This document shows, piece by piece, positions 36,547-49,459 of a stretch of 64,000 nt of DNA; within the stretch, counting starts at the first letter, position 1; every line of letters starts with the position of its first letter. The notes beneath the pieces were generated by a model, which was given only the letters and a program-made list of their open reading frames with translations, did not search any database and was not told where the DNA came from. Source of the DNA: Lingula anatina (lineage: Eukaryota; Animalia; Brachiopoda); contig CM120642.1 in the NCBI GenBank assembly GCA_051362555.1, positions 32,984,001-33,048,000 of the forward strand, given 5' to 3'. The translations under genes were made by a program, and so were the position numbers.

Positions 36547-39500
36547 ATGTCACAGAGGGTCAAGGTCAGCCATTGCCCCCATGTGAACAGTGTGGGAGAC
36601 AACTCATGGGAGGATGTAAGGAGGAAAAAAGAGGTGAGTCTCCAGACACAGGACTGCATGGGAGGATATGAGGAGGAAGACAGAGGTGAGTCTCCAGACA
36701 CAGGACTACATGGGAGGATGTGAGGAGGAAGAAAGAGGTGAGTCTTCAGACACAGGACTGTATGGGAGGATGTGAGGAGACAGAAAGAGGTGAGTCTTCA
36801 GACACAGGACTGTATGGGAGGATGTGAGGAGGAAGAAAGAGGTGAGTCTTCAGACACTGGACTGTATGGGAGGATGCGAGGAGGACCTTCTTACCTCCCT
36901 TAATGTACCCAAGAAATAAAAATGAGAGAAATTGCGTAGAACTGAAATTAAAATTTGGTTCAGAGTGGAGCTTTTCTTCCAAATTGCATGATTGTTTTGA
37001 ATGCCCTCTTCTGTTTACAGGCCTAACAGAAGGCAGAAGAACTGAAAAAAAAATCACTTCATGTCAAAAAGAAAATTATTTGATATTTTTTTTATCCAGC
37101 ATATGATATAAAATCCTTGCAAATGCTGCGGTTACTGTACTGGATCTATCTATAGATAAGTGGGCTTCAGGTTTCATTCATTTTGATAGTGGTTAAAGTC
37201 TCAAGTGAAAATGAAATATTTTACCACAATCATTTCATAGCAATAATGGCAAATATGCCTGCAGCTTGGCTGAACTCCAGCAGGTGTTAATTTCAAATTC
37301 AGAGGAAAATGTCAGGTGCCGTAATCACCATATTGTGTCCTTCCAGTTAATTATCTTGTGACAGTGAATTCTTGGAAAAATTTATGGAACCATCATCTTG
37401 ATAGCAACAAGACTGAATGACTTATTAGTGTGTCCTCGCAGGGTTTTGTCTAGCGTTTGAAAATATCTCTGCTGGAATTCATTTGATAGGTGCATTATTT
37501 TGATGTTTTTAAAAGGTGTTAAAGAGATTAGTTCTTCACCCAATCTAGGTAAGTTTTGAATGGTGTCATTTCATTTGGCAGTATGCCTCTTTCTTTATAT
37601 CGTTCTGAAGGCTTGACATATACAGTAGCGTTTCAGTTTTCTTTGCTTTAAACCAGTTTCAAGGTGAGTGTCAGAGTTTTTGAATAAATATTGACATGCT
37701 TTTATTTTTGGACATGATAATAAGAGAATTCCATGTCTACAAAACTTGGTTTGTGATTTCATGGATTTCTGTGTCTTTGTCACCAGTTTTGTGATTTCAG
37801 AGAATTCTGTGTCAGTGACACTTCAATTGTGAACAGAGAATTTGATGTCAATAATACTTGGTTTGTGATTTCAGAAAATTCCTTGTCCATGACACTTGGT
37901 TTGTGATTTCAGAGAATTTCATGTCATTGTACCCTAGGTTCTAGATTTCGTAAAGCCAACACATGAAAAGGTATAGTGAGCAAGCTGGCTTTACAGTGCC
38001 CTGACACTCAGGGTATGGCATTGACACTTGGTTTGTGATTTCAAAGAACTCCATGTCATTAACACTTGGTTTGTGATTTCAGAGGGCAGATATCTGTGAC
38101 TCGTGTAATGCAGGTGGTCCTAACCTGTGGCTGTGTCTACATTCGCGGTGTATGTTCGTAGGCTGCGGAGAGTCTGGAGTGGACCACAGCTCGTCGCACG
38201 CAGAGGTAGGGTACTTCAATAGAAAGTTGTTGATTTTTTAGATTAATACATTTAGTTCAATCTCATTGACAGAAATTGCTTCTCCCTACCCTAGCAGACA
38301 GTCTACTGCGAATACAGAGGGAATTGCTCTCACCCAATTTTCATATAGGATGTCTATAGGACTCTATGGGGCTCCAAAGGAATTTTGTCATACATCCTAA
38401 AAGATGTCGTAAAGGACTCTTTTGGGCTACAAAAGAATTTCGTCTGCATCCTTTAAGTTAAGATTCTGTATTAGTTTTAATTTTCTCATTATCTCAAGAA
38501 CGGGAAATGTTCCACTTGTAATGTCAGACTGAAGTCTTCCATCTTAGGACTAAATCATAAGATCAGTTAAAAGATATTTAAAAACTTAATGATATATCTT
38601 CACACTTTTTGTCAACAAAGATTTATCTGGAATTTTTAGTATTACATTTGATTTAATTTATTAAGTCTAATTTTTTTCAAATTCTCACATTTATGACATT
38701 TCTGCATGTAATGAATTTAGGTGTAACGTATGATAGCATTAAACGTAATTTTTCAAATCAAATCAGATTTTAATGTTTAAATAGCCCTAAAAAAGGCTAA
38801 AATACATGTTTTTAAAAATTAATTTATTAAGCCTCATGTCCCATGTATCCTGTGTTATTTCAGGTAGACAAACACTGCCTGGCCATCAACCTGAACACCA
38901 TGAGAATATGGTGTTATAGGTGTGAGTGTGAGGTCTACAAGGATGGAAATAAACCTGCCTTTGTGTAAGACTCAAATAATTAACTCTGGAGGCGAGAAGG
39001 GGGATTAAAGGCTTCACATTTAATGTGTTTGTGGTCTTGTTCAGTTTGCTTTTGCTGCTTGTAAAATGTTAAATACTTATTATTGTTTTTAGCAATTTTC
39101 ATTAATTTGTTTCAAAAAATATTTTGGAAAAAAAGAAATATCTCACCAGTAGCAACATTATTATCTCTTCCCCCCAGCATGCGAGAAAGGAGTATTCTGT
39201 CTCCCCATGGGACATTCACCCCGGACCCTGTATCGCAGCCGCCAACCCCTCACCACTACTCACGCACCACTGACTCTGAGGACTCGGAGGACGATGAAGT
39301 TGTCAAGCCCAGGGGTAGGCTTCTATACACCAATGTAACACATTAATTCTGAATCTTTCTGGTAAATGAGGGAATGAATTGAATTCTTTATTGATAAACA
39401 CCTTCACATATAAGGTACAATCATCAGATCATGGACTTTACATCTAATTACATCAATTAAATAAATTGGTAAATAAATAAATAGACAGCAGCACAGTTAC

Positions 39501-40271
39501 ATAGAGTACATATAAATGAAGCAATTTATAATCACACTGTATGTTAGGTTTGATCCACTCGCGAAGTCACTTGCTCACTGTGAGTGGATCGCACCCAAAC
39601 ATTAAGGTATGATTTTAGATGAGATGGGACTGTTTCCGCTTTTGGAAGATGTCCTTCTTATGAAAAAGAGAATGTAGAAGGTTGCTGAAGTTTGTTTTAC
39701 TTTATCAAATACAGTGAATATCCTTTTTTGTATTTATTTATTTCAATATTTCCTGTTTCCTGATGCTAATATTGTCCTATGGTTGAAAATGTGTCTGAAA
39801 TGCAGCTTTGAAGGGTGTTTCCAATATCTTTATTCTCACAAGGTTGTGTTTTGAAATTGAGTATCCTTATAAGATTGACATGTAGGAAGACATAAAATAT
39901 TTAGTTAGTTATTTGTTCCAGGTCTTGTGGGGCTTCAAAACCTTGGAAATACATGTTATCTCAATGCAGCCATACAAGCATTGTCCAACTGGTAAGTAAA
40001 TACATGTTATCTCAATGCAGCCATACAAGCATTGTCCAACTGGTAAGTAAATACATGTTATCTCAATGCAGCCGTGCAAGCATTGTCCAACTGGTAAATA
40101 GATACTTCTATAGGCGAATGCCAAGTGTATATTTTTAACATTACCAGGCTCATATAATATTTTCATTGATTTTGTACATTGAAACTTTAAAAAAAATCAT
40201 TGTTTTGTTTGTTTTATTGTTTATTTATTTCTTTTTATTTAGTTACTTTTGTACAAATTAATTTGACTACT

Positions 40272-40328
<57 letters not shown>

Positions 40329-43300
40329 GTCCAATTCCCAAAATAATCTTTCAATAACTATTCTGAGAAATAAGTATTCAATTAGTATTTTGCTATGAAC
40401 ACTTCCAGTCAGCCGTTGACTCGGTACTTCTTGGACTGCAGCTCCTATGTCCGCAGCGACAGAAAACCCATGCTCTCTAGAAGTTACCTCAAGCTAGTCC
40501 AAGAGATCTGGCATAAAAAAAGGTGAGGTGGTGATGTAAAAAATTACTTTGTTGTTTTTGATTTATCATTTCTTCTGATTCAAGACACTGATTTGAATCA
40601 AACATTTATGTATGTTGCTGAATTTTTTTAAATTTTGATTGTGTAAACCAAGAAAAGGAAAGGACGAATAAGAACAACCAGACCCTTCTTACATCTGTTC
40701 TAGTTTTGCATAAGCTCAAGGTAAGGTAATATGTTTGTCACTATGAAGTGTTTTACTTTCAGACCATCCTATGTTGTACCATCAGGTATCGTACAAGGTA
40801 TCAAAGTTATCCACCCAATGTTCAGAGGATACTCACAGCAAGTAAGCTTAAGTATTTGGCAATCTTTAAAAATAGTTTAGTTACATGAGTGTTTCAAAGG
40901 ATTAAACTTTTTTAATGAATACCCAGTTTGTGAAGTACTTACAATTGTGATTTGTATTATGTTATCTTTCATACTGACGAAACTTCTCATACAGCCTCAT
41001 AATTTTGGTACAAGGAAATTCACTGTTTTATTTATATTGTATGTCAAATTACTCATTATTTTCATTATTATATTAATTATTATATTATATTGGTTCTAAC
41101 AGGACACGCAAGAATTCCTGCGTTGTTTCATGGACCAGCTTCATGAGGAATTAAAACAGCCAGTGATGGTAGACGAGGAGGATGAAGATGAGGAGGAGCA
41201 AGATGAAAAGGGAAAACCCAGCCCAGCCAATCAGGAGCCACCTGCACCCCTGGAAGTTGAGGCCCCAGATTCTACCAGCCAATCAGAAGAAGACTATGAG
41301 ACATGTGACTCAGGCATGAGCAGTGAGCAGAGTTCAATGGAGGCCAACTTCTCCAGTAACAACAGCACTGGTATGGGCACAGAATCCATACACTGTGATA
41401 TCCCAGACAACGATCAGATGGAGCATTTAGAGGACCAACAACAGAGCACCGCGGACAGGAGGGTCACGAGAAGTATGACGCGGAATAGGCAGCAGAGTGA
41501 GAAAACGGAGGAAAATGCAGAGTTTAAGGATGCGTTGAATGATGCAGACGTCGAGGTGGAGACTGGACACAGAAGTGTGGTCAGTGGACACAGTAGCCCT
41601 AAGACTGGCCACAGGTCACAGGGGGACAGACCCATCAGCCAGTCAGGTAGGATGCTGGAGGAGATTGTGTGGATTGTGTTAGTGGAGAAAAGTGGCTTGT
41701 TTGGCCAGTGATGATTTAGAGATGTTGAAATAATTTCAAAGCTAACTGAATGATGAAGATACAATCAGACTTAGTTTTATTTTCTGAAAAAGAAATTACT
41801 AATAATAGTACGTGATATTTTGATAATTATTTTACCTCGTAATAATGGTAATATTTATTCATATTTGTCTATTTGTTTCTTTCACCCCATTTCCATAGAT
41901 TAGATCGACCTACTTTAGATCGACCTAACGCCCTGGGGGTTCAAGCTAAATAGCTGTCAGCCGGGCGGACACGAAAGTTAATTATCCCCTTACAGCTTGT
42001 AGTAGGTGGGACGGACATTTAAGTCGGATTATCTGAAAGTAATCTAGTGAGACTCCTTGCGGGGATAGATCGATCTAAAATCTATGGGAATAAAGCCTTT
42101 GTTTTCAGCCAAGAAGAAAGCAGTGCAGTTTAAAAGTGTCATAACAGATATCTTTGATGGAAAGATCCTCAGCTCAGTGCAATGTTTAACATGTGAATCC
42201 GTAAGTTAGGCTTGAAGACTAGAACCCTTTTTGAGACCAAGCAACCAGATCAGACTTTACAGTTACTAGATTTAATTTATCTATCAAGACCTAAATAAAA
42301 CCATATCTTTTCACCTTTTTATTATACCCTAGACAGTTAATAAGCTTAAGAAATTATTGACTTATCATCATGTGATTTTCATCCATTTACTATTTTAAAA
42401 CAATCTTTTAAGTATTAGTGACTAATGCTGATTTGCGCAAATTTTGGCATATTGCAGGTATCGACAACCAAAGAGACATTCCAGGACCTGTCACTCCCCA
42501 TCCCCAGTAGAGAGTACCTCAGCGTCATTCATTCCCAGGGTGCACAGTCCAAGATGGCGGGAGCCTGTGGCGACACCGCGGCTAGGCAGGGCTGGATTAC
42601 CTGGATGTTTGGCTGGATGAGAAAGTAAGATGTAACATAGGAATTAATAGGTCTGGTGGTTGTTAAGTTTCTCAGCATAGGTGTTCTTACTAACAGGAAT
42701 GATTGCCATGTGGCCTTTTCTCCTCAAAAACCTGGTCACAGAAACCTGTTGCTTTTAAGAGATAGAATAGTATTTGTGGAAAAATTATAGTTTTGGTGAT
42801 TATTACTGATGATTGAAAGGAGCTGTTAGGTTGAAGAGAATAAGCAATGAAGTTGGTAAAATTTATGGTAAACATAGAACCAGAAGAGAATTCCATATGC
42901 ATAGAAAGATAAGGATTTGTTAGATTATTATAAAAAAGGCTTTAAACAATCTACTAAGTTAAAGTCAGAGACATTTGAATAATTGATGCTGCTTTTATTA
43001 AATTTTATGACATAGGTTATTTAATAGTCAGCAAAAATGATTATTACTTGATATAAAATAATTTCATTCTTTGCAGTATTTTCTGGGGCCCAATGGTCAC
43101 ACTTACAGACTGTTTGGCAGCTTTTTTCTCAGCTGATGAACTCAAGGGAGATAATATGTACAGCTGTGAGAAGTGTAAAAAGTAAGTTTTTTAAAACTAT
43201 GGCTGACCTGTGATCCCCCTCCCCCCATCCCAATCCACTCTGCGCCACCCACAAGTTAAATTGTTGAACCTGTATAAAGATAGAAATGAAGGATGTTAAT

Positions 43301-45120
43301 GCTTTTCTAGCAAGACTGAATCTTCTTGAAACATAAGTATCTGTTTGGTTGCGGTTTCTTCATTCATCCCAAAGATCACCAAGAAATTACTTTGTGAAGT
43401 TAATCCAGTGCAATTGTGTTGAATTTTGAATTAATCATGTTATAAAATGCGTGTTTCAAGTCTTTCCTAATTTAATTTCAGACTGAGAAATGGAATCAAG
43501 AACACCAAAGTCTTACAACTACCAGAGGTCTGTTTTTAACTGAATCTTACAGAAGATAATAATTTGCCAGAAAAATGTGTCAGACTTGACATTTTCTATG
43601 TCACAATTTTAAGAATAAACCAAAAATTTTGTTATTATCATAGTATTGTACATTTATCTGATAAAATCAAAATAGTTGATTGAATAAAGATTTAACAAGT
43701 GGTTTTTCTCTGTTCCAGATATTATGCATACATCTAAAGAGGTTCCGACATGAGTTTATGTTCTCCGCTAAGATCAGCAGCTATGTGTCATTTCCCATAG
43801 AGGGTCTTGATATGAGGCCGTATCTACACAAAGGTATGAGGAGCAATGTGATGACAATCACAAAGTGAATTTTTAGTCCCCTCTCTCAATTTCTGCTCTC
43901 TCTCATATGCTTTCATCAGTAAGACCTAGCATACTATAATGGATTTGAAAAGTAGGGAGAAGTTAGTGTATTTAGATTATATCATCTGGTATGTCAAGCA
44001 GTGATATCTCATCACAAAGTAACTCATTTTACACCAGTGACCTTATACCTAGTTTTCCATTGAGTCATTGCCTTGTGGTCACTGAATTCTTAATTATATG
44101 TTAATGATATGGTAATTATATATTAATAATATGTGTCTCCAGATTGTAAGTCAGCCATGCGACTGTACGACCTGACGGCTGTGATATGTCACCATGGCAC
44201 TGCAGGGGGCGGTCACTACACGGCGTATGCCCTGAACCACTACGATGACAAGTGGTACGAGTATGATGACCAGTATGTGACCGAGGTGGATGTCCAGACT
44301 GTCCAGAACTGTGAGGCATATGTACTCTTCTACAGGTAAGAGGAACAAGATTTTGGTGCTTGAAGTGTCCACTACTTTCTTTCCTTAGTCTTTGAAAATT
44401 GATCATTGATTGTTTTATTATTTTATTAAGATATTTATTTTATTTCTTAAAGCTTGTACATTTGTTTACTAATTAATCATGTTTAATTTTGTAAGTTAAT
44501 CCCAACAAGTTAAGGTGGTTTTGACTGGTCTCATGACTTTAAAAATTAAAGCCCATTTTTTGAAGTTTTAAATATTTTGTCCATTAAAAGTAGTACAAGG
44601 ATTTATTTGTATTATTGCATTTGTATTTTTTAGGAAAAAGAATGATGACATAATGGTACAGAGACAGAAGGCCATGGAGCTGGTGGAGAGCAAGGAGGTA
44701 GTCAGGACACATTGAATTTTTATCATTAATTGTATTTCCTGAAGAAAGGATTTATCAATAAACTCTATAAAAGATAATTTAAAAAGTCTGAACAGGGACC
44801 TGTTTTTGATTGGAATTAGCAGTAGGTTGTAAAATCTTTAACTTTTTGTTTCTGTTTGTTTGTTTTTGCATAAGTGAAGTGATTGAAATTTGTAATAAGC
44901 AATAACCCTTGGTACAATTATTTCAGCCTAGTTTATTGAACTTCTATGTGTCCAAACAGTGGATTAACAGGTTCAACACGTTTGCAGAGCCTGGTCCTAT
45001 TACTAATGAGGATTTTCTTTGCAAACATGGAGGTAAGTTTTATTACAACACAATGCAGAAAAAGGGTTCTTGGATTTGAATCACTGACTTCAATTTGTAC
45101 ATGTGGATCTTTAGAATTTC

Positions 45121-45191
<71 letters not shown>

Positions 45192-47246
45192 TGTGTATGT
45201 GTAGTGTATGCATGCATGTGCGCTTAACTACAAGTTTAGTCCAAGTTTTTCCTTCTACTTTCACAGGTAAATAAAGCATTGATAATTCACTTAATTCGAG
45301 AAGAAGCTAATAAAATGTACTTTACCTTTTGTCTTTGCTAGCCAAAACAACAAAACATTTATTTATGAAACTGATTAAAAAGATAAGTATGATCATGAAA
45401 GTGAAGTGATATGTTCATATTGTTATATTATCTTTTGTTACAGCTGTGCCTCCCACCAAGTTTCAAAACGTACTAGAGATGGTGGTGGAACTTCCTCAGA
45501 CACTGTGGGACTGTCTTCATGAAAGGTAAGCTACAGCTGATATATATAATAATATAGATAGTTTAACACTGGAGATGGTGGTAGAACTGTCGCAGACACT
45601 GTGGGACTGTCTTCATGAAAGGTAAGCTACAGCTGGTATATTATAACAGACTAGGTGTCTCAGGTGACATAATTCAAAATATTTTGTAGAGATAATTTAT
45701 TTTTACAGTTAATTATTTAGCAGAAGAATGTTCAAAGATGTGGCTGAATTTTTAAGTTATCACAACGTTGTTTTTGATTTAAGTGGTCAGTTTACAACAA
45801 TTATAGATATAACAAAAAAATGGAATTTTATGAGACATAGGGAAAACATGTTATTACAAAACTGATGATAATCATTATTAAAATAGCTTACTAGTATTAG
45901 AAATATTTTAATTTGTTTTACAACATCCTGCAGGTACGGAGGAGGTCCAGTGTGTAATCATCTTTATTTGTGTGTAACATGCCAGGCAGAACAGGAAAAA
46001 CTGAGGAGAAGACAGAGCTATGAGCTAGACACTTTTGTCAAGGTAAAGACTAGTTTTAAAACTGAGGAGAAGACAGAGCTATGAGCTAGATACTTTTGTC
46101 AAGGTAAAGACTAGTTTTAAAACTGAGAAGACAAAGACTACTATGCCACATGCTTAGTGTTCATTAAATGTTGGTGGAAATGGAGAAGGTTTCCAACAGG
46201 TAAGGTGTCAAAAACATTTTTGGCAAAATTTAATTAATTTTTTTAATCGGATGTGGCCATGGGAGAAGTGATATAATCTTTTTTATTAATGATCATTTGA
46301 ATACTATTTTCTGCTTCACTGCCGTTTTAAGTATAAAATGGACAATATTTTAAAAAATGATGAATACTTTTTCCTCCAGCTCCATGAAGACTTCAAAGAA
46401 GAGGACAACCCGTGTGTAATCTATGCTATAAGTATGCAGTGGTTTAAACAGTGGGAGAATTTTGTAAAGGGAATGGAAAGTGGTAAGATTTGATATTTTT
46501 TAAAGATTTTAATTTTTTGCAATTTGCCTATCTGATCTTCTGATGCCTTTAGATTGCAAAAGCACCATCTTTTGATTAAGTATAAGAAGAGGGCTAGAAA
46601 CACACAAGTGACATTATGATTTTTTACCATTCATTTATATAAATGCTAGAATTTTTTTAAAAATAGTGATCTCTTAACCTCTTTGCAAGCTCTTTGATGT
46701 AGGATGACGCAATTCTCAAAAGTCCCTATACGGTAAATAAAGATGTTGTACAGTAAAACAAATTTTTTTCCAGAACCACCAGGACAAATAGACAACAGCA
46801 AGATCTGTTTCAAGCGCAATGACCAGTATATCGTCAAGCAGTCGTCTTCATACGGTCAACTATCAGAGGAGATGTGGCATTTCCTTCATGGCATCTATAA
46901 CGGTGGTCCTCTAGTCGTCTGCTGTCAGAGCACTCCCCAAGTTCCTAGTCACTCGGCCCCGCCCACCCCAGCCCCGCGACCTCCCAGTCCCACTGTCACC
47001 ATGCAGACGACCCACCAGCGACCTTTGACCCCAGCTGCAGCGCCATCTACACCTCCATTAGCGCAGATAAGTGAGGAGGCAGGGGCGGCTGGAGAAGGAA
47101 GTGAGAGTGACACGGAGCAAGTAGTACAAGAACAGTCTGCGCATGAAGACGACATGGAGCAAGAAAGATCACCAGAGGGAGCCTCTGCACCTATGTCTGA
47201 AAAGGAGTGTGAAGAATCCAAGGAAGAGAAAATGGAAGAAAATTGA
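36547..47246 (+). CDS. USP20: Ubiquitin C-terminal hydrolase USP20/USP33 (VDU) orthologue, 20 coding exons, about 969 aa
   Basis: Exons 36547-36633, 38083-38205, 38864-38964, 39178-39314, 39922-39991, 40409-40522, 40763-40841, 41103-41646, 42109-42200, 42458-42624, 43077-43181, 43482-43527, 43719-43833, 44143-44335, 44634-44697, 44927-45032, 45444-45525, 45934-46042, 46380-46482, 46774-47246 (2910 nt). zf-UBP ([15 protein letters not shown]), Cys box [39 protein letters not shown], His box [13 protein letters not shown], two DUSP domains. USP20 versus USP33 cannot be resolved; a single invertebrate co-orthologue is likely. Confidence 0.93.
36604..36885 (+). repeat. 52-bp tandem repeat copying the USP20/33 exon-1 end and donor (AG|GTGAGT at 36634, 36686, 36738, 36790, 36842)
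   Basis: Unit gtgagtctccagacacaggactgcatgggaggatatgaggaggaagacagag. Confidence 0.92.
37743..38085 (+). repeat. ~38-bp degenerate tandem repeat containing the USP20/33 exon-2 acceptor (acttggtttgtgatttcag|ag)
   Basis: Motif recurs at about 37744, 37785, 37856, 37894, 38026 and 38064; the last copy is the real acceptor. Confidence 0.85.
39947..40097 (+). repeat. 51-bp triplication of the USP20/33 Cys-box exon end plus donor
   Basis: aaatacatgttatctcaatgcagccatacaagcattgtccaactg|gtaagt three times; the first two copies are identical. Confidence 0.95.
41883..42097. mobile_element. MITE family B copy abutting the USP20/33 exon-9 acceptor
   Basis: caccccatttccatagattagatcga ... gatcgatctaaaatctatgggaataaagcc; ends about 11 nt before the exon starts. 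Confidence 0.85.
45122..45192. repeat. (TG)n(AG)n microsatellite
   Basis: Direct observation. Confidence 0.95.
45472..45642 (+). repeat. Duplication (96-bp period) of the USP20/33 exon-17 end plus donor
   Basis: cagacactgtgggactgtcttcatgaaag|gtaagctacagctg with exon ends at 45525 and 45621. Confidence 0.92.
45997..46132 (+). repeat. Duplication (61-bp period) of the USP20/33 exon-18 end plus donor
   Basis: aaaactgaggagaagacagagctatgagctagayacttttgtcaag|gtaaagactagtttt with exon ends at 46042 and 46103. Confidence 0.92.
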
Positions 47247-49459
47247 TCAGTTTGTTATTTTCCTAAAGCAATGTGTGCTTATAGGCAAAATGTTTCAGCG
47301 GGTATCATCTAGAAAAGTAAAAAGTGCAACGAAAAGCAGGAAAGGACACAATTGAATAAGAATCTTAAGAAGTGAATATTGCAGAATGTCAAGGTTTCTG
47401 TTATGTTCTTGAAGAGGTAAATTTTATAGAGATTGAAAAAGACATTTCAATACTTCATTGCTGAAATAACAAATTGCAAACTTCAATACAATTAAACATA
47501 TTGATGTTATATATATTGTTTTCCATTCGGAATTATTAAACTTATAACTTGAGGTGAATCAAACTAAAAATATATTGTTTGTAAATAGCTTTTAAATTAT
47601 TTGAGCTGAAGTGATAACTTTCCCATAATTATTCTTATTTTCTCATCTTATTACAATTTCCCATACTATGGTCACATTTCATCTCTTCTCCATCAGCAAA
47701 AATTATGTGCATTGCAGATATCTTTTTACATACTACCAAGTTTCAACGTTTTATGCTAAAAATTCTACAACATTTTCTTTTCGTTTCAGAGGAAAACCAT
47801 GTTATAATGTTTTCTCATTACCCCCCCCCCCCCCCCTCCATACATATTACTTTAATACATATTTAAACTGCATTTTATTGGTGTAGTATTTCATGTCTTG
47901 AAAATGATCCAGAATTGGTTCAAATAGAAATGTAAATCATTTTCTTATTTTTTATTTTTACTGGATCCCTTGTTAGTTGATGTAATTTTCCCCAAATCCA
48001 ATCCACTTTTCTATTATCAACGCACAATTCCAACTTTTGAATTGTCTCAAGGGTAAAGTTTTTTAGTGCAATAAATTTCAAGTACTGTTTGAAGATAGCT
48101 CTAGATTCTATTATTATTTTAAAGAGTAATAGTTCATTCACAATTATTAAGCCTATATGCGATACGTGCTATTTGTGTGCACAAGATTTTTTTCAAATTT
48201 ATTTTATGTTTGTTTTACATAAAATGCAGAAATTTATTGTCATTGATTGAATAAGGTCACCAGTTCAAGTAATGCATAATAGGAGTACTTGACTCCAGTC
48301 AGCCATGGAAGCACGCTGGATGTATACTGCAGCACTTCAATATACTCGACCAGCAGATGCAACAATATAGAAACACACTGTACAAAGTTTGAAACATCAA
48401 GTCAACATTATTTCAGCGACCACTGTAAACTTTGTTGTATACACATGAACATTACTTGTTTTGTATTTAAATCTTAAAAAGATCAATAAATGGTTAAGAT
48501 ATTCATGTCATGTCCAAATATTATGATGATCTTCTCACATTTGTCATCATTTGATAATTTAAATTTCCAAATTTTTTGAAAAAAAAAAGAAGAATAACTA
48601 AGGCTGGGAAGAGAGAAGGGGTATTTCATGTCGAATAATCAAACCCCAAAAATAAAAGCACTCATTGCTAACATGCACATGCATTTCCTTTTGAAAATGT
48701 GTGCAGGAAAATGCAATGTTCTCAGGGACTGGCCATCCAGACAGTTTTTTTTTTAAATAAATAAAATAAAATGTGCATCCGTTTTACACCATTGCATGTT
48801 TACTGGTAGTAAACACCATTTACTTTTACTTCATTTTACAGTAACTTACATTACTTCCATTAAAAAAAAAAATACCTGGCAGTTCAGTTTGGTTAAAAAG
48901 TTGCTGTTCTCATGTAGTCTTTGAATGTTGAAGTAATGTATTTAATTATATTTATCACGGATGGAAGACAAAAGGCAACTGTGCTAGAATGTGCAAAATT
49001 TAAAAAATCGAAAGGAAGGTATGGTAGACATGGGTTAAATAAGTGGTTTAATGTACACACATTTTACACCTCTACGTCGTCTCGTCTTGAAATTTACAAT
49101 ATCCGGGTACTTTCAATATGGTGGCCACTGGTAAAACGTGGATAAGGTAAGAAATGCGATAAAAAATGAACGTACTTTGGGTATAACGGAAGAGTGTATG
49201 GATTTTAGCATAGCAGCCAATTATACCAGGTGTTAAGGTATTAAGTTACGTGGACAGGTATAGATAAATTGCATTTTTTGCAGAACACTGAAGATGAATA
49301 TTATATTTTGAGAACGCAATTTGTAACTTCCATATGTAGGTAAAACCGCCCACGTACATTAAAGTTAACCAATAAAAGCCAGTTCTGGGAACTAGCGAAG
49401 ATTTAAAGGACATAGTTTTATTTCTAGCTAAACAGAACAGCACGCTTTCAACTACAATC

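Noticed and set aside
39909-40166. ORFs with 17-aa repeats on both strands
   Set aside because: By-products of the 51-bp exon-end triplication.
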